Below, in pieces: positions 10,346 through 23,100 of a DNA stretch of 64,000 nt; position 1 is the first letter of the stretch; every line of letters begins with the position of its first letter. The position numbers were made by a program, and so were the translations under genes. The DNA comes from Lama guanicoe. Its lineage: Eukaryota. Under the pieces are notes generated by a model. That model ran no database searches. It worked only from the letters and a program-made list of their open reading frames with translations, and was not told where the DNA came from. The stretch spans positions 869,457-933,456 of the forward strand of contig MU054831.1 of assembly GCA_013239625.1 (NCBI GenBank). Reading direction: 5' to 3'.

Positions 10346-13300
10346 ATCCCGACTCTCTGGCTGGACCTTAGGCTGAGTCGCCTGCCTGGCAGAGGGGACC
10401 CTCATGGGAGCCAAGTATGTGCCCAGAGCATCTCATCCTTGCTTTAAAATCAACTGTGATGTCCAGCAGGTGTATTCAGAACAGGAGAGGGCGTCGCCCT
10501 TGAAAGGGGATTTTCCCTCCCCTTCCCCTCCCCTCGGCTCTGGCTGATCTGAGCCAGTCGGTCTGCTGGGCCCAAGGAGTGGCCGCTTCACCAGCAGCCT
10601 GAGAGACACCAAGGCGGGCGGTCCTCAACTTCAACTTCCCCTGAGAAGTGCTCTGCTGAGGGTTACCATGCCCTCCCCAGGCTGTTGGCCTTCCAAGACA
10701 TTTCCTCTGCAGCTCGGGCAAAAGGCCAACTGATAGGAACAGACAGTTCCCTGAAAAGGAGATGTAAGTTGCTCGTTAAAGACAGGAAAGACACCCCATG
10801 ACTCAAAAAGAGAACCACAAATTTAAAGTGCTCTGCAGTGTGATTTCTCCCGTCAGTTGGACCAGGTCCAGGAGCTTGGCCACAGTGCTTGAGGGAGACA
10901 GCCTCAGATGTCACCCACTGATATTCCACATGGCACAACCATACCCCCCTCCCTGCCCTTGAAGGGACATTTGGCAAGATCCAGCAAAATCAGACACGTA
11001 CTGCCCTTTGACCCAGTAACCCCAGCAGCGGAACCATGCAGGCGTGTTAGCGACACGGTTAAGTGAAGACCAAGCAGGTCTGGGTTTCAGTGAGAAGCAC
11101 CGGCGAGGACTTGTGCTGTGTCTTACCTTGAAAATAAAGCTTTTGGTTCTGCCCACCGACAAGGCCCACGTCCCACACCTCTGACACCCAGGCTGTGGTC
11201 TCCAGCTGTGCTTTCTCACGAAGAGGAAGAGGCTACAGAGAGCAGTGGGGGCTTTCAGGTCTGGGTTAGGAACCACGTAGGATGTGCCCAGAACGGCTTT
11301 TCACACCAGAGAGCCAAGCAGCTCGAGACCACAGGCCGCCGACAGAGGGACGCAAGAGTCAACACAAGCTTGCTCCTGGGGACCAGAGATGGGCTGATTT
11401 AAAATCCACAGGAGAATAACTTCAAGTTGAAACACAAAAAACGTTTACATCCATGAATTTGCAATTATACTTAGAGAAAAAACAAAACCAGCCACTTCCT
11501 GAAGTGGTCTCGCCAGAACCAGACGTCACACCGGAATCTGATGAGCGTCCAGAGGCCGCCACCTGAAACCGGAGCAGGAGCAAGCACAGAGCATAGTCAG
11601 GGACACCCCCACACCCGGGCCGGGGGCCACTCTACAGGGCCAGGCACCCAAGCCAGGAGTCAGGAGAGGAGGGGGAGGAGACTGGACGACAGTCGGGCAG
11701 CGGAGGGTGCTCCCTGGGTCTGGATCCCACTCAGCTGCTGGTGCCAAGGCTAGGAGCTGAGCCAAAGTGCACCATCCAGCTTTTATTCACTTCATGCCAG
11801 AGGGAGAGAAAGGCGTGCAAGCACATGTACAGATCTACACTATTAGCATACATGTGTGCACGTATACGCACGTGCACACACACACCCCTCTGCTGACCTA
11901 CATCTATGGGAGGGCTCTTGGGTGGGAGGCAGCCTGAGCTAGGAGGACAGAGGTCCCAGGCCCAGCGTGCTCCCGCTTGGCTCTTCCCCACTGGGCCTCA
12001 CCCGCAAAGACTGGACCACGGGGAAACACCCATCACTTGGGAAGCAACACTCACTGCATGTGGAGGTAGAAGGAACCTGGGAGTTCAGGGCCCTCTGCTC
12101 TGCCTGGAAAGCAAGGGTGTCCTCAAAACTGGGGGCTGGGCTGCCTCCACCGCCCACTCGGGTGCCAGCCTCTGCACACCCAGCCCCCAGCGCCACTGCA
12201 CAGATGGGAAACCACAGTCCAGGAAGGGCAGGGATGGCTCGGGGACACCAGGAGCCCCTGGAGGAGAGAGCTGGAATGCCCTGGCAGGCTCCTTCCCGGC
12301 ACGATGTTGAGAGCGAGCACCTGGTACCAAAGGGGCAGGGGCGGAGCAGCCTGGCCCCGAGCTGGCCCTCCGATGGCGGGGACTGTGGGGGGAGAGGGCC
12401 ACGGGTGTGTGGGGACGGCGGATGGCAGGGGTGTGGGCGCGATGGGAAGGGGGAGTGGGAGGGGGTGGTCCCTCTGCGGCTGCGGTTAGGGCCGGCCTGG
12501 AGTGGGTGAGGCCGAGGTGAGGGGCAGCACCAGGCCAAGGCCCACGTGAGGGGTCAGGGAGCAAGGCTTGATTTTTCACGTTGTGCTTGTTCACTTAAAA
12601 AACCCAAAGAGTCTTTTTCCAGAAACATGCATGGGCACAAACACACACACACACGTGCACACAAACAGAGTTCAGGGCTGTTTCATGGACCCTACCCTCA
12701 CCTGGGCCACCGACCTCTGCTCTCACCCCTCACCTCCGCCACCTGCCTGTCCTGGGTCCCTCGCGGCAGGCTCGCCGCCCCATCTCCATCTGCTCACTGC
12801 TTCCCACTGTTTGCTGAGACCTCTCTGGCTGGTCCCGAGCCGAGCGGGCCAGTCTCCTGCTCTAAGTCAGGGACAGTCCGCACAGCTTCCGTCGTGATGG
12901 GCCTGCTCTTCCAGGAAGTCGACACTGATTGAGGCAGATCGGTCAGGTTGCAGGGCTGCAGAAAGCCGGGGTCTGGTACTGTTTAGATAACGTCCCAGGA
13001 GAGGGTGGGGACTGGGGAATCTGCCTTGGGCAGCGGAGGGGTTGGGGGGTTAGCTGCAAGAGCAGCTCCCAGAGCTTGACTCACGGGAAGCCCCCCTTGT
13101 TGACCCTGGTCCTGAAATGCCCGACCCTGCTGGCCCTGCACTCCCACCCCCTGGAGAAGCCTGGCCCTGGATTTGGCTGACTGCCCCTGCAGAGCCCGGC
13201 TAGAGGACCATGCGATGGCTCTGGTCCCACACACTCTCTGGAAAGATGGCCTCACACACGGTGTCTGCTCCCCCCCAACCCTTGGTGCTCCACCACTGGG

Positions 13301-14059
13301 ACCCAGGTCCCACGCAGCCAGCCCACAGACACGTCTCCCCCTGAGGGCCCTTCGGCCACTGAGTCGCAGAACCCAGCGGGCATCTGACAGGCTTCACCTT
13401 ACTCCACTCCCCAGCAGCTTTTGGCAGAGCTGAACCGTCCCTAGCTCTTTGTTTTTAAGTGTTTCAGTGAAACGTTGACGAGGTCTAAATGCACGCCAGG
13501 CGCGTGTGCACAGGGAAGGGGGAGGGCCTCAGGGGGCCTTCAAGGCCCCCTTGCACGCTTGGTGGCAGATGCAGAAGCCCTTGGTGGCAGCACCTGGGGG
13601 CGGCCGCTGGGCCGCTGCCTTTCTGGCTCTGAGACGTGGCACTTGCCCCATTTCGCCCCTTCCTCTCTGGCCTCTCCTCGCACACCCTTGTTGTTCTCCA
13701 TGCAGGGCCCAAACTTGGCGTCCACTGGGGCTTGGTCCTGGGCCCTTTCTTGCCCCATCACACTCTTTATACCAGACTCAACCAGTCCTGCTGACCTAAG
13801 AATCACCCTTGTGCCCATGACCCCAGTGGCCGCTTCAGCCCAGACCTCTGGACCACACATGGGACTCCCCGCCAGGCACCTTCTCTCGGACATCTAACGT
13901 GCATTTTAAGTGCACTTGACCAGAACTGACCACATGATCAAGCCCCTTCACCACCACCCACCACCTGCACTGTAATCATCCTTCAAAGTCCCCCATCTCA
14001 GAGAATGATCCCGCTTGTTGCCCAGGCCACAGTTTCCCCCCTTCTCCTACATCCAGTCA

Positions 14060-15840
14060 TCAATAAGTTAAATATGTATATTGTAAACCCAACAGCAACC
14101 ATTGAACAAGTAAAACAAAGAGGCTTTTTAAATAAATAAGCCAACAGAGGAGATAAATGGAGTATAAAACAAAAGACTCAATTAATCCAAAAGAGGGACG
14201 AGAAAGGGACAAAGAGACAGACAGGAAGCAGTAGGAAGGTGGCAGATCTAACCCGACCCTGTCACTAACCACACTAAACGTAACTGGCCTAAATACTCCG
14301 ATCAAAAGTCAAAGACTGTCAAACTGGATTACAAAAGCAGGAAGTGACAATATGCTGTCTAAATGACACACACTTTAAACATAAAGACAGGTTAAAAGTG
14401 AAAAGTGAAAACAAAGTGAAAGAATGTAAAAAGATATAAAATGAAAACACCAGTCATGGCGAAGCTGGATGGGGTATTAATGTCAAAGCGGACTTCAGCA
14501 CGGGGAGCTGCACCGGAGACGCAAGGGACATTTCATACAATGAAAGGGCTAACTCGGAAGTGATTAGACAGACTCGCGGCTCTGGCAGGCTGTTCTGACC
14601 CCCCTCCCAGTGACTAAGAGCTTAGCAAGGGTAGACTTGAACATCACCAAGCCGCTGCCCGCACTGATGCTCGCAGAGCAGCACGTGTAACAAGAGCAAG
14701 CACACATTCTTTTCAAGTGCACATGTGAACGGTCTCCAAAGTAGGCCACACACTGGGCCATACAGCAGGCCTCAGCACAAGAAAGACGGTTGAAATCCTA
14801 CGGAGTATGTTCCTCAGATACAACACAACTAAGCAAGAAACCAGCAACAAAAAGATACGAGATATCGGAAGAATGCCCAAATAGTTGGAAGTTAAACAAC
14901 ATAATAAACTCAGGAGTCAAACAAGTAATCAAAGGGAAACTGGGAAGTCTCTTGAGCTGCACGGCCATGGAAACACAACTTACCAGCATCTGCGAGACGA
15001 AGCTGACGCAGTGTTAGCGGGAAATGTGTGCTGCAGGTGTTTGTCTCAGGAAAGAGAAGAGGCCTGAAATCACTGGCCAGAGGCCCCACTCTGGGAAGGC
15101 CACACAACAGCAAATCAAGCCCAAGGAAGTGGTTGGAAGGAAAGGAGAGAAAATTTAATGTCGTAGGAAAACGACAACAGGGAAAAATCAGTAAAATGAA
15201 ACCTGGTTCTTTGAAATGATCAGTGCAGTTGATAAACCTCTGGCTAAACGGATCAAGAGAAAAATCCACAAATACTAGTATCGGGACTGAAAACATAGCA
15301 GTTAGAGCCTACAGACATTGGAGTACAAAGGGACATTATTAATAAATTTATGCAAAGACATCTGACAACTCAGTCGAAATACACAAAGGTCTCAAAAGTC
15401 ATAACTTGCCAAAATTCACACAAGGAACATCAGATTTGAATAGCCTGTGTCTATGAATGTTGTTGAGTTCATAATTAAAGACCTTTCCACAAAGAAGACT
15501 CCTGACGTAGATGGTGTTGCTGGGGAGTTCTACCAAACATTTAAGAATGAAATAATACCAATCTTAAACATATTCTGAAAAGAAATAAGGAGGAACCTTT
15601 CCCTACTCATTTTTGAAGACACGCTTTGCCCTCAGACCAAAACTAGACAAACTCATTACTACAGGAAACCTATAGGTCAACACCATGCGTGACCATAGAT
15701 GCAAAGTCCTTGATGAACTTAGCTAACTGAATCCAGCAAGGTATGGAGCCAGTAATCCAGCGTGGACACACAGCACAGGGTTATGAGGGATATTTTAACA
15801 CTGGAACAGCAATCACTACAAGGCACTACATTAACAAGGC
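14060..15840 (+). mobile_element. Ancient LINE-1 (L1M-type) fragment covering ORF2 endonuclease to early RT, degenerate
   Basis: A-rich island. Near 14262 it translates as SLTTLNVTGLNTPIKSQRLSNWIT (L1 ORF2 EN N-terminus-like). Later L1-like segments (aaacctggttctttgaaa, gagttctaccaaacatttaag, atagatgcaaagtcctt) with many stops and frameshifts. Confidence 0.9.
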
Positions 15841-17025
15841 AAAGGAGGAAGCCCCTGCGGCCGGATGGGGCCTCAGAGCTGCAGAGCTGACAGCTCCTGG
15901 GGACTGCAGGCCCAGCCTGCCACTCAAAGCCTGTCCTCAAAACTAGAAAAGACCCATGTCCCAGGCCACATGTTGGGGTCAAAAACCCAAGGTCCCAGGA
16001 ACAAAGGGCTCCTCCATTCATTTCAAGGCAGCAAAAGCTAGGTCACTTCCGTTAAACATTAGTGGGGAAATCCAGTCAAAGCAACAAGGCAGACATGGGA
16101 CCCTGACAAGGCATGCTTACGAATGAAGAGAGACAGAGGCCGAGAGAAAAGGGCCTGGAGCATCGGACAGCCTTGGCCCTGGCCTGGCTGGCTCTGTCCG
16201 GCTCACTCCGGCCCCATCCTGCCTCCTGTGCCCCGCTGGGCTCTCTCCCCAACATGGGGCTTCAAGGCACCAGCACTTCAATACTCACCCTAGACGCTCT
16301 GCTGCCCTCAAGGCTGACCAGGACGAGGGAGGGCCTGGAGAGAAAAGGCCCGGGGCCAGGACCAGGTCAGACTCGGCTCCCACTGAGAAGGCCGTGCACA
16401 CTGCCCTGGAGCAGGAAGCGATGACCAGAAGGAAGCGCAGCCAGGCGGTTCGGGGCAAAGTCTGCTGAGGAAGCCCGGGAAAGGAGGCGTTCTCACCTGC
16501 ACACCTAGACCCGCCTGTCAGGGTTGGCCAGGGACACAGCGCATGGAGGGAGGCGGCCTTCACCCATTAGCAGGTCCACAAGACAGGGACCCCAGGTGCA
16601 GCCAGGCCCTGGACACAGCTTGGCATGGCTGGACCCTGCTGCTGGGTTCCGTGGAGTCAGGCAGGGCCCAGGATGAGGCCCCCGTCCGTGTCAGTCAATA
16701 TATGGCTGGGGCAGTGGTGCGCCTGCCCTGGGGCCCCGGGTCCTCCCAGAGCCAGCCGGGGCCTTGCGTTCTGCCTGGGGGATCCTTCACGGGGCTTGGG
16801 GGCTGGTATCAGACAGGAGCATACAGACTGAGGCAGGAGCCTTCTAACACATCAGGAGTCCCACCATGGGGTGGGAGGGGCACGGCCACCCAGCTGGGTG
16901 GGCTCAGACCCTAGAAGAGACTGGAGAGCAGGTCCCCTTCCCTCTGCTCTCGTCAGCAGACCTGAGCCGAGCTTGACCCCATCCCAGCAGACACTGCAGA
17001 CCAAGGTCTCCAGGGCAAAACACAG

Positions 17026-17112
17026 GGCCAGAGTCTGGACCCACGACACCCTGTGAGTGTGACCAGAGCCCGGACCCGGGACACCCTGTGAGTGTGGCCA
17101 GAGCCCGGACAC
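17026..17112. repeat. 35-bp minisatellite, ~2.5 copies
   Basis: ggccagagtctggacccacgacaccctgtgagtgt / gaccagagcccggacccgggacaccctgtgagtgt / ggccagagcccggacac. Confidence 0.85.
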
Positions 17113-19820
17113 GTTTTCAGCAGGGACCCTGGTGTCCAGAGCACACAAGCTGCTCTGCGAAGGCCCAGCCAGGAGGAGATGCACCGAGTAGAACTGGGCC
17201 CGCCTGGCTACTGCAGTGGGCCGGGGAAGGGCCCCTGTAGCTCAGCCGGTAGGTGCCTCTTGTGAAGGGACCACGCCCTGCAGCGGGCGCCCTGCCCCTC
17301 AGCACCCAGGCTGTTTCTTGGGCTCAGCAGACATGCGGGGCCTGCTGCCCTCGCTGCGGCCTGGAAGCCGGGCAGCAGACGCCTTCCCGTCTGCGGTGGC
17401 CACACAGCCTGGCCATCCCTTCTCTGCTCTCCGCCTGATCCCAGAGAGGGACCTGAGCAAACTCTCCCTGTCACCCAGGGAGGGACCAGGATTCTGTCCA
17501 GATGCGGCCTGGCGAGGGGGCTGGCCAGCCCAGCGAAGGTGGGTCGCCCCATGGGCTCTTGGGAGAAGCTGGCAGCACCCCGCCTTCTGGAGTTCAGGGC
17601 AGGAGGCTGATGATGATGGGGCAGTTGGCAGCATTTTACTTTTCGGGCCTCCTTTGGAAGGTGGCTCTCTGCAGGGCCCAGGCCCGAACCCTAATGGGTG
17701 AGACAAATCGTCGGCTTTCTTTGTCTCTGCCCAGAAGACAAAGCAAGTGGGGAGGGAAGACAGACGGGCTGAGACATGGAGATGCTGCTCAAGTGCGCCC
17801 CCCGGAGGCCTCCCTGCAACCCAGGGGGACCGGCAGCCTCCAGCTGCCCGGAGGGAGGGACGTCCTGCCTGCGGCCGGCTGGCGGTGACGCTGGCGAGAT
17901 GCATGTGATTGCTGACCCCTAGGGCCGGGCTAACTGGCCACAGCCGAGCGGCTCTGAGGCTGGGTGGGGACGTGTGGGTTGAGACGGCCTTTCCTCCAGC
18001 CCGTCTTGGGAAAGAGCTCTTCAAGGCAGCGGCAGCAGCAAAGTGCCCGTGAGTGGAGGCTGAGAGAGAAATTCCACTCCAAGGAAGCGCGTGCGCGGCC
18101 ACCTGCTCGGAACGCAGGAGCAGCAGGTCTTAGTGAGTTCCGGCTGCCGGGACAGACACTGCAGGCTGGGGGCGAAACCGCAGACATTGACTTCTCATAA
18201 TTTGGGAAGCTGGAAGTCTAAGGTCAAGGCGCTGGCAAGCTTGGTTCCTAGCAAAGGCCCTGGTCCTGGTTGCAGACAGCCACTTTATCGCTGTCATGCA
18301 TGAAGCTCTGGTGCCTCTTCAAAGGACGCCTGAGGGGTCCCTGCCCGGGAGATTGAGCCGTGCAGGGTGTCAACACCCAGCATTTGAGCGCCACTTGGGG
18401 CTCTGGATACGCTGCGCCAGACTCCTCCTCCCCCGAGCGTCTTGCTCCCCAGATTTGTTTCAGTGTCGGCCTCTGCAGAATACCACCCTGGTCCAGGAGT
18501 CGATAGTATGGGGTTTGGAGCTGGTCACTCGCTGCCTACTGGCACAGGGGCCTGTCTGATGGCAGGGAGACGGTGGCCCTTGGCACAGGCGGTGGTCCTG
18601 TCCTGGCCAATTTTTAAGTCCAATTTGGAGTTGAGTTGGAAGGTGCTGGGGGAAGGGACAAGGGTGTTGAGGTATGCGGACAGGAGGAGCTCAAGGGCAC
18701 AGAGCGGGCAGCTGGAGGTCAGGTGTGAGGAGGCCTCTGGTCACTAGCAGAGCAGCTCAGCTGCAGGGTGGAGACAGCCAGGCCTGGGGCCCATTGAAGA
18801 GATGGCCCAGCCCCAAGAGGCAGGACCCTCCCCACAGCAAGTGTGCTTGGCAGACGCCCCCCACCTACCTGCCCCACTAGGCTCTCTACTCCATGGCTGT
18901 GCACAGGGAGAGGGAGGGGACGTCCAAGAACCACTGGACATTCGAGTTCTGAGTTGACATGGGCCCCTGGGCATCCTTGTGGGCCCCACCAGAGCTGGAC
19001 ACACACAGGCTGTGGACAGTAGAGCCTTGGCAGGACTGGCTCACAGAGCGATGGCGTCCCCTCCTGGTCTCCTGGCACATGACTGGGGCTGGTACGTGCT
19101 CCCTGGGGTCAGAGACACCAGGCAGGAAGGCCAAGGGCGAGTGGAGATGAGGGCCCCCCTCGAGGCTCAGAAGGCGTGGGGTGATGGCCCCATCCCATCT
19201 CCACCTGACTCAGGACCAGGGGCTCCTGGAGGTCGACTCCCGCTCACCGAGGGCAGCCCGGGGGGGCAGACCACTCAGGCCTCAGGCACAGGAGTGCGGG
19301 CGTGACAGACTAGGTCAGAGGTCAGAACAGCTCTCACCCGCGTGGAGCAGGACAGACACCGGCAGCCTTCCCCAGGACCTCTGCCGTCACACGGGGCAAG
19401 GACGCTCAATCGTGACGACACGATGCTGGGTCGGAGGAGCAAGAGGCGGCAGGAGGCGCACCGGGCCGAGACTGGGGCTGCGGCACAGAAGATGGTTAGG
19501 GGTTCAGGGGACCAGGGGTCGGAGGCCTGTGAGAAGTCCCTTGCCACATCGAGAGCAAAGGCCTGTGCCCAGTACCTCCCACAAGGAAGCTCGAGACCCC
19601 TGGGTGCCTGTGGCAGCATCCCCCACGCCCAAGCACTGCAGGCCGGTAGACCAGGTGGCAGGAAGCAGACGGGTGTGCAGACAGGAGGAGACTCGGGCCA
19701 GCTGGTCACCTCCAGTGTCTGAGCAGCGGGCAGGAGCCCCCCGCCCGTCCCCGCGGCGAGGGCTGACGCGGCCCCAGCTACCTGAATCCAGACTCAGATG
19801 GAAGCTGCTCAGTGCTAACG

Positions 19821-19826
19821 TTTATT
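19821..19826 (-). terminator. Poly(A) signal AATAAA of CAPN10
   Basis: tttatt on + strand in an AT-rich patch about 315 nt past the CAPN10 stop. Confidence 0.75.
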
Positions 19827-20139
19827 TATAAAGTTGTGTCCTAAAAATGTTTCAAATAAATAATTTTAAACAAGATCCATCACAATGTACTTCCGTCTGC
19901 TGTGAGGCCTCTCCGGGGCCAAGGAGCGACAGCGTGGAGAACCTCCGCGTCTCGGCGCGCAGGCCCACCCCGAGCTTTTCTTGCCCTTCCAGCAGCACCT
20001 GCTGGACCCCGGGCTGCGGCTCTCCAGGACGGGGCTCTTCACCGGGACCCCAGCTCAGGCTGCCACCCTGCTCAGGCCCGGCCGCTGCGGCACTGGCATG
20101 TGGGTCGCTGGTCAGCAGAGCTGCCACGCGTGGCTGTCG

Positions 20140-20169
20140 TTAGGTCTTCATGACTGCCATGAAGGAGGC
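20140..20169 (-). CDS. CAPN10: CAPN10 exon 12, terminal coding part (ASFMAVMKT*)
   Basis: Acceptor ctcccgcAG, TAA at 20140-20142. Confidence 0.9.
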   Translation of the reverse strand, partial: ASFMAVMKT

Positions 20170-23100
20170 CTGCGGGAGAGATGGCGGGGCCTGGGCAGTG
20201 CGGCCTGGGCCGCAGCACCCCCCCTGCCCTCCAGAGGCTGTCACCGTAGCCCCACTTCTTGAGCCCTGGGAAGCTCTGCTGGGGGCTCTCGTGGGGAGAG
20301 GCAAGGGCACCTCGTGCCCCGGGGCACAGTCCAGCCTGCAAGGCGGCTGCTGGGAGGGGCTCCACACAGCCCCACACATACCTCCTGGAGAAGCTGCCCC
20401 AGCATTTCCTGGCTGTGAATGGAGCGCCTGTGGGGAAGGACACCACGGTCATCTGGCAGGGCGGCCACACTCCAGGCCCACCCACTCTCTAGACGGTGCC
20501 ACCCTCCTCCCACAGGCCCCTGGGCTCTGCCAGGACAGGGAAGAGCCGGGGTGTGGGGGGCGGAGGGGAGAGAAGCCCGGGGAGGTGCTGAGGACCACAG
20601 CCCCCCGACACACGCGCGCACACTCACACCCGGAGCCCACCTGTCTATCCTGGTCTCCACGGTCACCGTGAAAGCCCCCTCTGTGTCTGGCAGGTAGGTG
20701 GAGGGCACAATCCTGTAGGTCCCCGCAGACAGGTGGCAGAGCCGGCTCACCTCCTGGGTGTAGCAGTGCGGCACACAGCTTAGCAGAGGCTCCTGGAGCA
20801 GCAGGGAGGGAGCACCCAGGCCCCCGCCATCTGCAGGAACCTGGGGGAGGCACAGGCTCAGACTGGGGGCCAGCGGTGAACGCTCCCCTCCTCACAGCCC
20901 TGGGCTGGGGACACCGGGGCAACCTGTGTAGTCTCGCCATACGCGCCAGGCTTCAGAGCTGGGCTCACCATTCACTGAGGCCGCAACACCAGTGCCCACG
21001 CCTGGGGACACCAGAGTCACCACTGCCCAGCCCTGTCCTGGGAGTCACCTCACTGGCCCCGACACCCATGATTTTTTGAAGGTTCGGGGTGCCCCGCGGG
21101 CGGCCTGGGGTTGAGCGAGGCTCCAGAGTCTGCCTTCAGCTGTTGGGGGGCACAGCAGCTCTGCCTCCCAACGGTCCAGAACCTCCCCAGTCAGAGAAAA
21201 CCCTCTCCTCCCCTGCCTGTACCCCAGGCTAGGCGTGACCACCCCCACGCGGGCCCGGTGACAGCGCAGCATGGGGTCACCCTCCGGCCATGCCTCCTCA
21301 GGGCACCTGCCGGTGCACCAGCCCGTCCTGAAGCGGGGCCCCCAGAAGGAGCAGGGGAGCCACACAGTCACCCTGGAATCTGAATCTGTGACCTCTGGCA
21401 CTTCACCTCTTCCCCTTTCTCCTACTACAGGTCTTCTAAGCGCATCCTGCCTGCAATTCAGGAGGGGAAGAGCAGCCCAAGGCCGGGGAAGGCGCTCTGG
21501 GTGGCACCTGTGACTCCCTGGCTCTTGCACAGCCGCCATACAACCTCCTGCCAGCCGGGGGTAAGAGCTCCCTGCCCCACCCGGCCAGGGTGGGGGGACC
21601 CTGGGTCCCCTGGCTCACGCCCACGTGGGGCTGGAGATAAGTCACACTTCCCAGTGGAGTTCCTGGAAGCCACCCCTCCCTTCTGTTGTCCAGGATTCAG
21701 GCCGCCCCGCACTGCCGACCCACTGCGGCCTCACTCTGAGCCCCTCGCCCCCAGCTCTGTCTTTTCTTTCTAATCTAAAGACCCTCACTAGGTGCAGCAT
21801 CCGTCCAGACTGTCTCACTGAATGCGGCCCCCCCCCCTGCTCCTGCTGGTTCCCGCGAGCCCAGGCCGTCTTTTATCCCAGACCCCCAGGCTTGGGCCCT
21901 GGGGAGGGTGGGGTTCACGTGGCTTCAGAGAGGCTCCTGCTGGAGAACTGCTCCCCGTGCACCCAGTGGGGACTCCTGGCTGGAGGCACAGCTCTGGGGA
22001 CAGCTCAGGACACAGCTGCTGTGAGCCAGGGCAAGTGGACAAGGGGCCGCCTGAGCTGACCTGTGACCTCCAGTGAACTACAGACTCCGTAAAGCCTAGA
22101 AATGAGTCTTGCCTGTGCCCAGCTGGCCCAGACACTGAGCCCGGAGGACACGGACAGACCTGGAGGGGCCTACCCCCCACCCCTCTCCCCATCCTGCCGC
22201 ACCGCCCCCGAGCCCCAGGAGCGTGGGGAGCCTGCCTGGAAGACGTGGAAGCCGATGGGGTGGCACTTGCTGTCCTGGCAGTGCTGGCGCAGAGTGATGC
22301 GGACACAGCGGGGGCCTGTGCCCTCAGGCACCGACAGCGGGAAGCAGGGGTTGGTGGGGTAGGAGGCAAAGTTGCGGCTGCCCCCCGCTGTCCGGCCGAC
22401 TCTCCAGGAGCCCCGCAGCCGCACAGTCTCCCACTCACCCGCGGGTGGGGCCTCCCGGTGGGCAGGGCTCTGGGCCGCCGGCTTGATGGCACTGCCCGGA
22501 GAGACAAGCACAGGAGGCGGCTGGCACACCATCCGGCCCCGTCACAGGCGTGAGCACATAAACCCTGCGGAAACCGCCCAGGCCGCTCCCCCTCCTGAGC
22601 CCGAGACCCTGCCCACCCCTCACCTGAGGGAGACTCTCCCGCTGGAGAAGACCCGGAGCAGAAACCGCCCCGGCACATCCTTCAGGAAGGTGCTGGGGAC
22701 GGCCAGGTAGTAGCCCGGGGCGAGCTCACAGCGGAGGTGGACCTCCCGGTCGTACGCATGGCACACGGTGCCAGCCACGGGGGGCGCCGACAGGGCCCTG
22801 GGCAGGCTGACCCGCCGCTTCTCCACCTGCAGAGGGAGGCCGGCATGCAGAAGCCACAGAGACCGGAGCCTAGACCCCACCCCGCTCCCAGCAGAGGGGT
22901 CCTTGTCAAAGCACCCATGCCTGCGGGTCTCCCCCAGCCTCTCAGGAGTTGGCTGAAAATGCCCGTGGACTCAGGCTCTGTCCTGGGGTCAGTGGCTCTG
23001 TTCCAGACGTGAGCCTGCAAGTCCTCCTGCTCTGGGAGCAAACAGGCAAATCTAGACAGGGTTGTGCCCCAAATGGCATGTGGCTAATGCAAGCTGGGGA

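Noticed and set aside
14060-15840. Active or domesticated reverse transcriptase/endonuclease gene
   Set aside because: Multiple stops and frameshifts and no long + strand ORF; an ordinary decayed L1.
17026-17112. CRISPR-like spaced repeat
   Set aside because: Contiguous tandem units with no unique spacers, mammalian context, and no cas genes.
3300-19800. Upstream non-coding or alternative GPR35 exons and CAPN10-GPR35 readthrough exons
   Set aside because: Likely to exist by analogy with human, but boundaries cannot be placed from sequence alone, so none are called.
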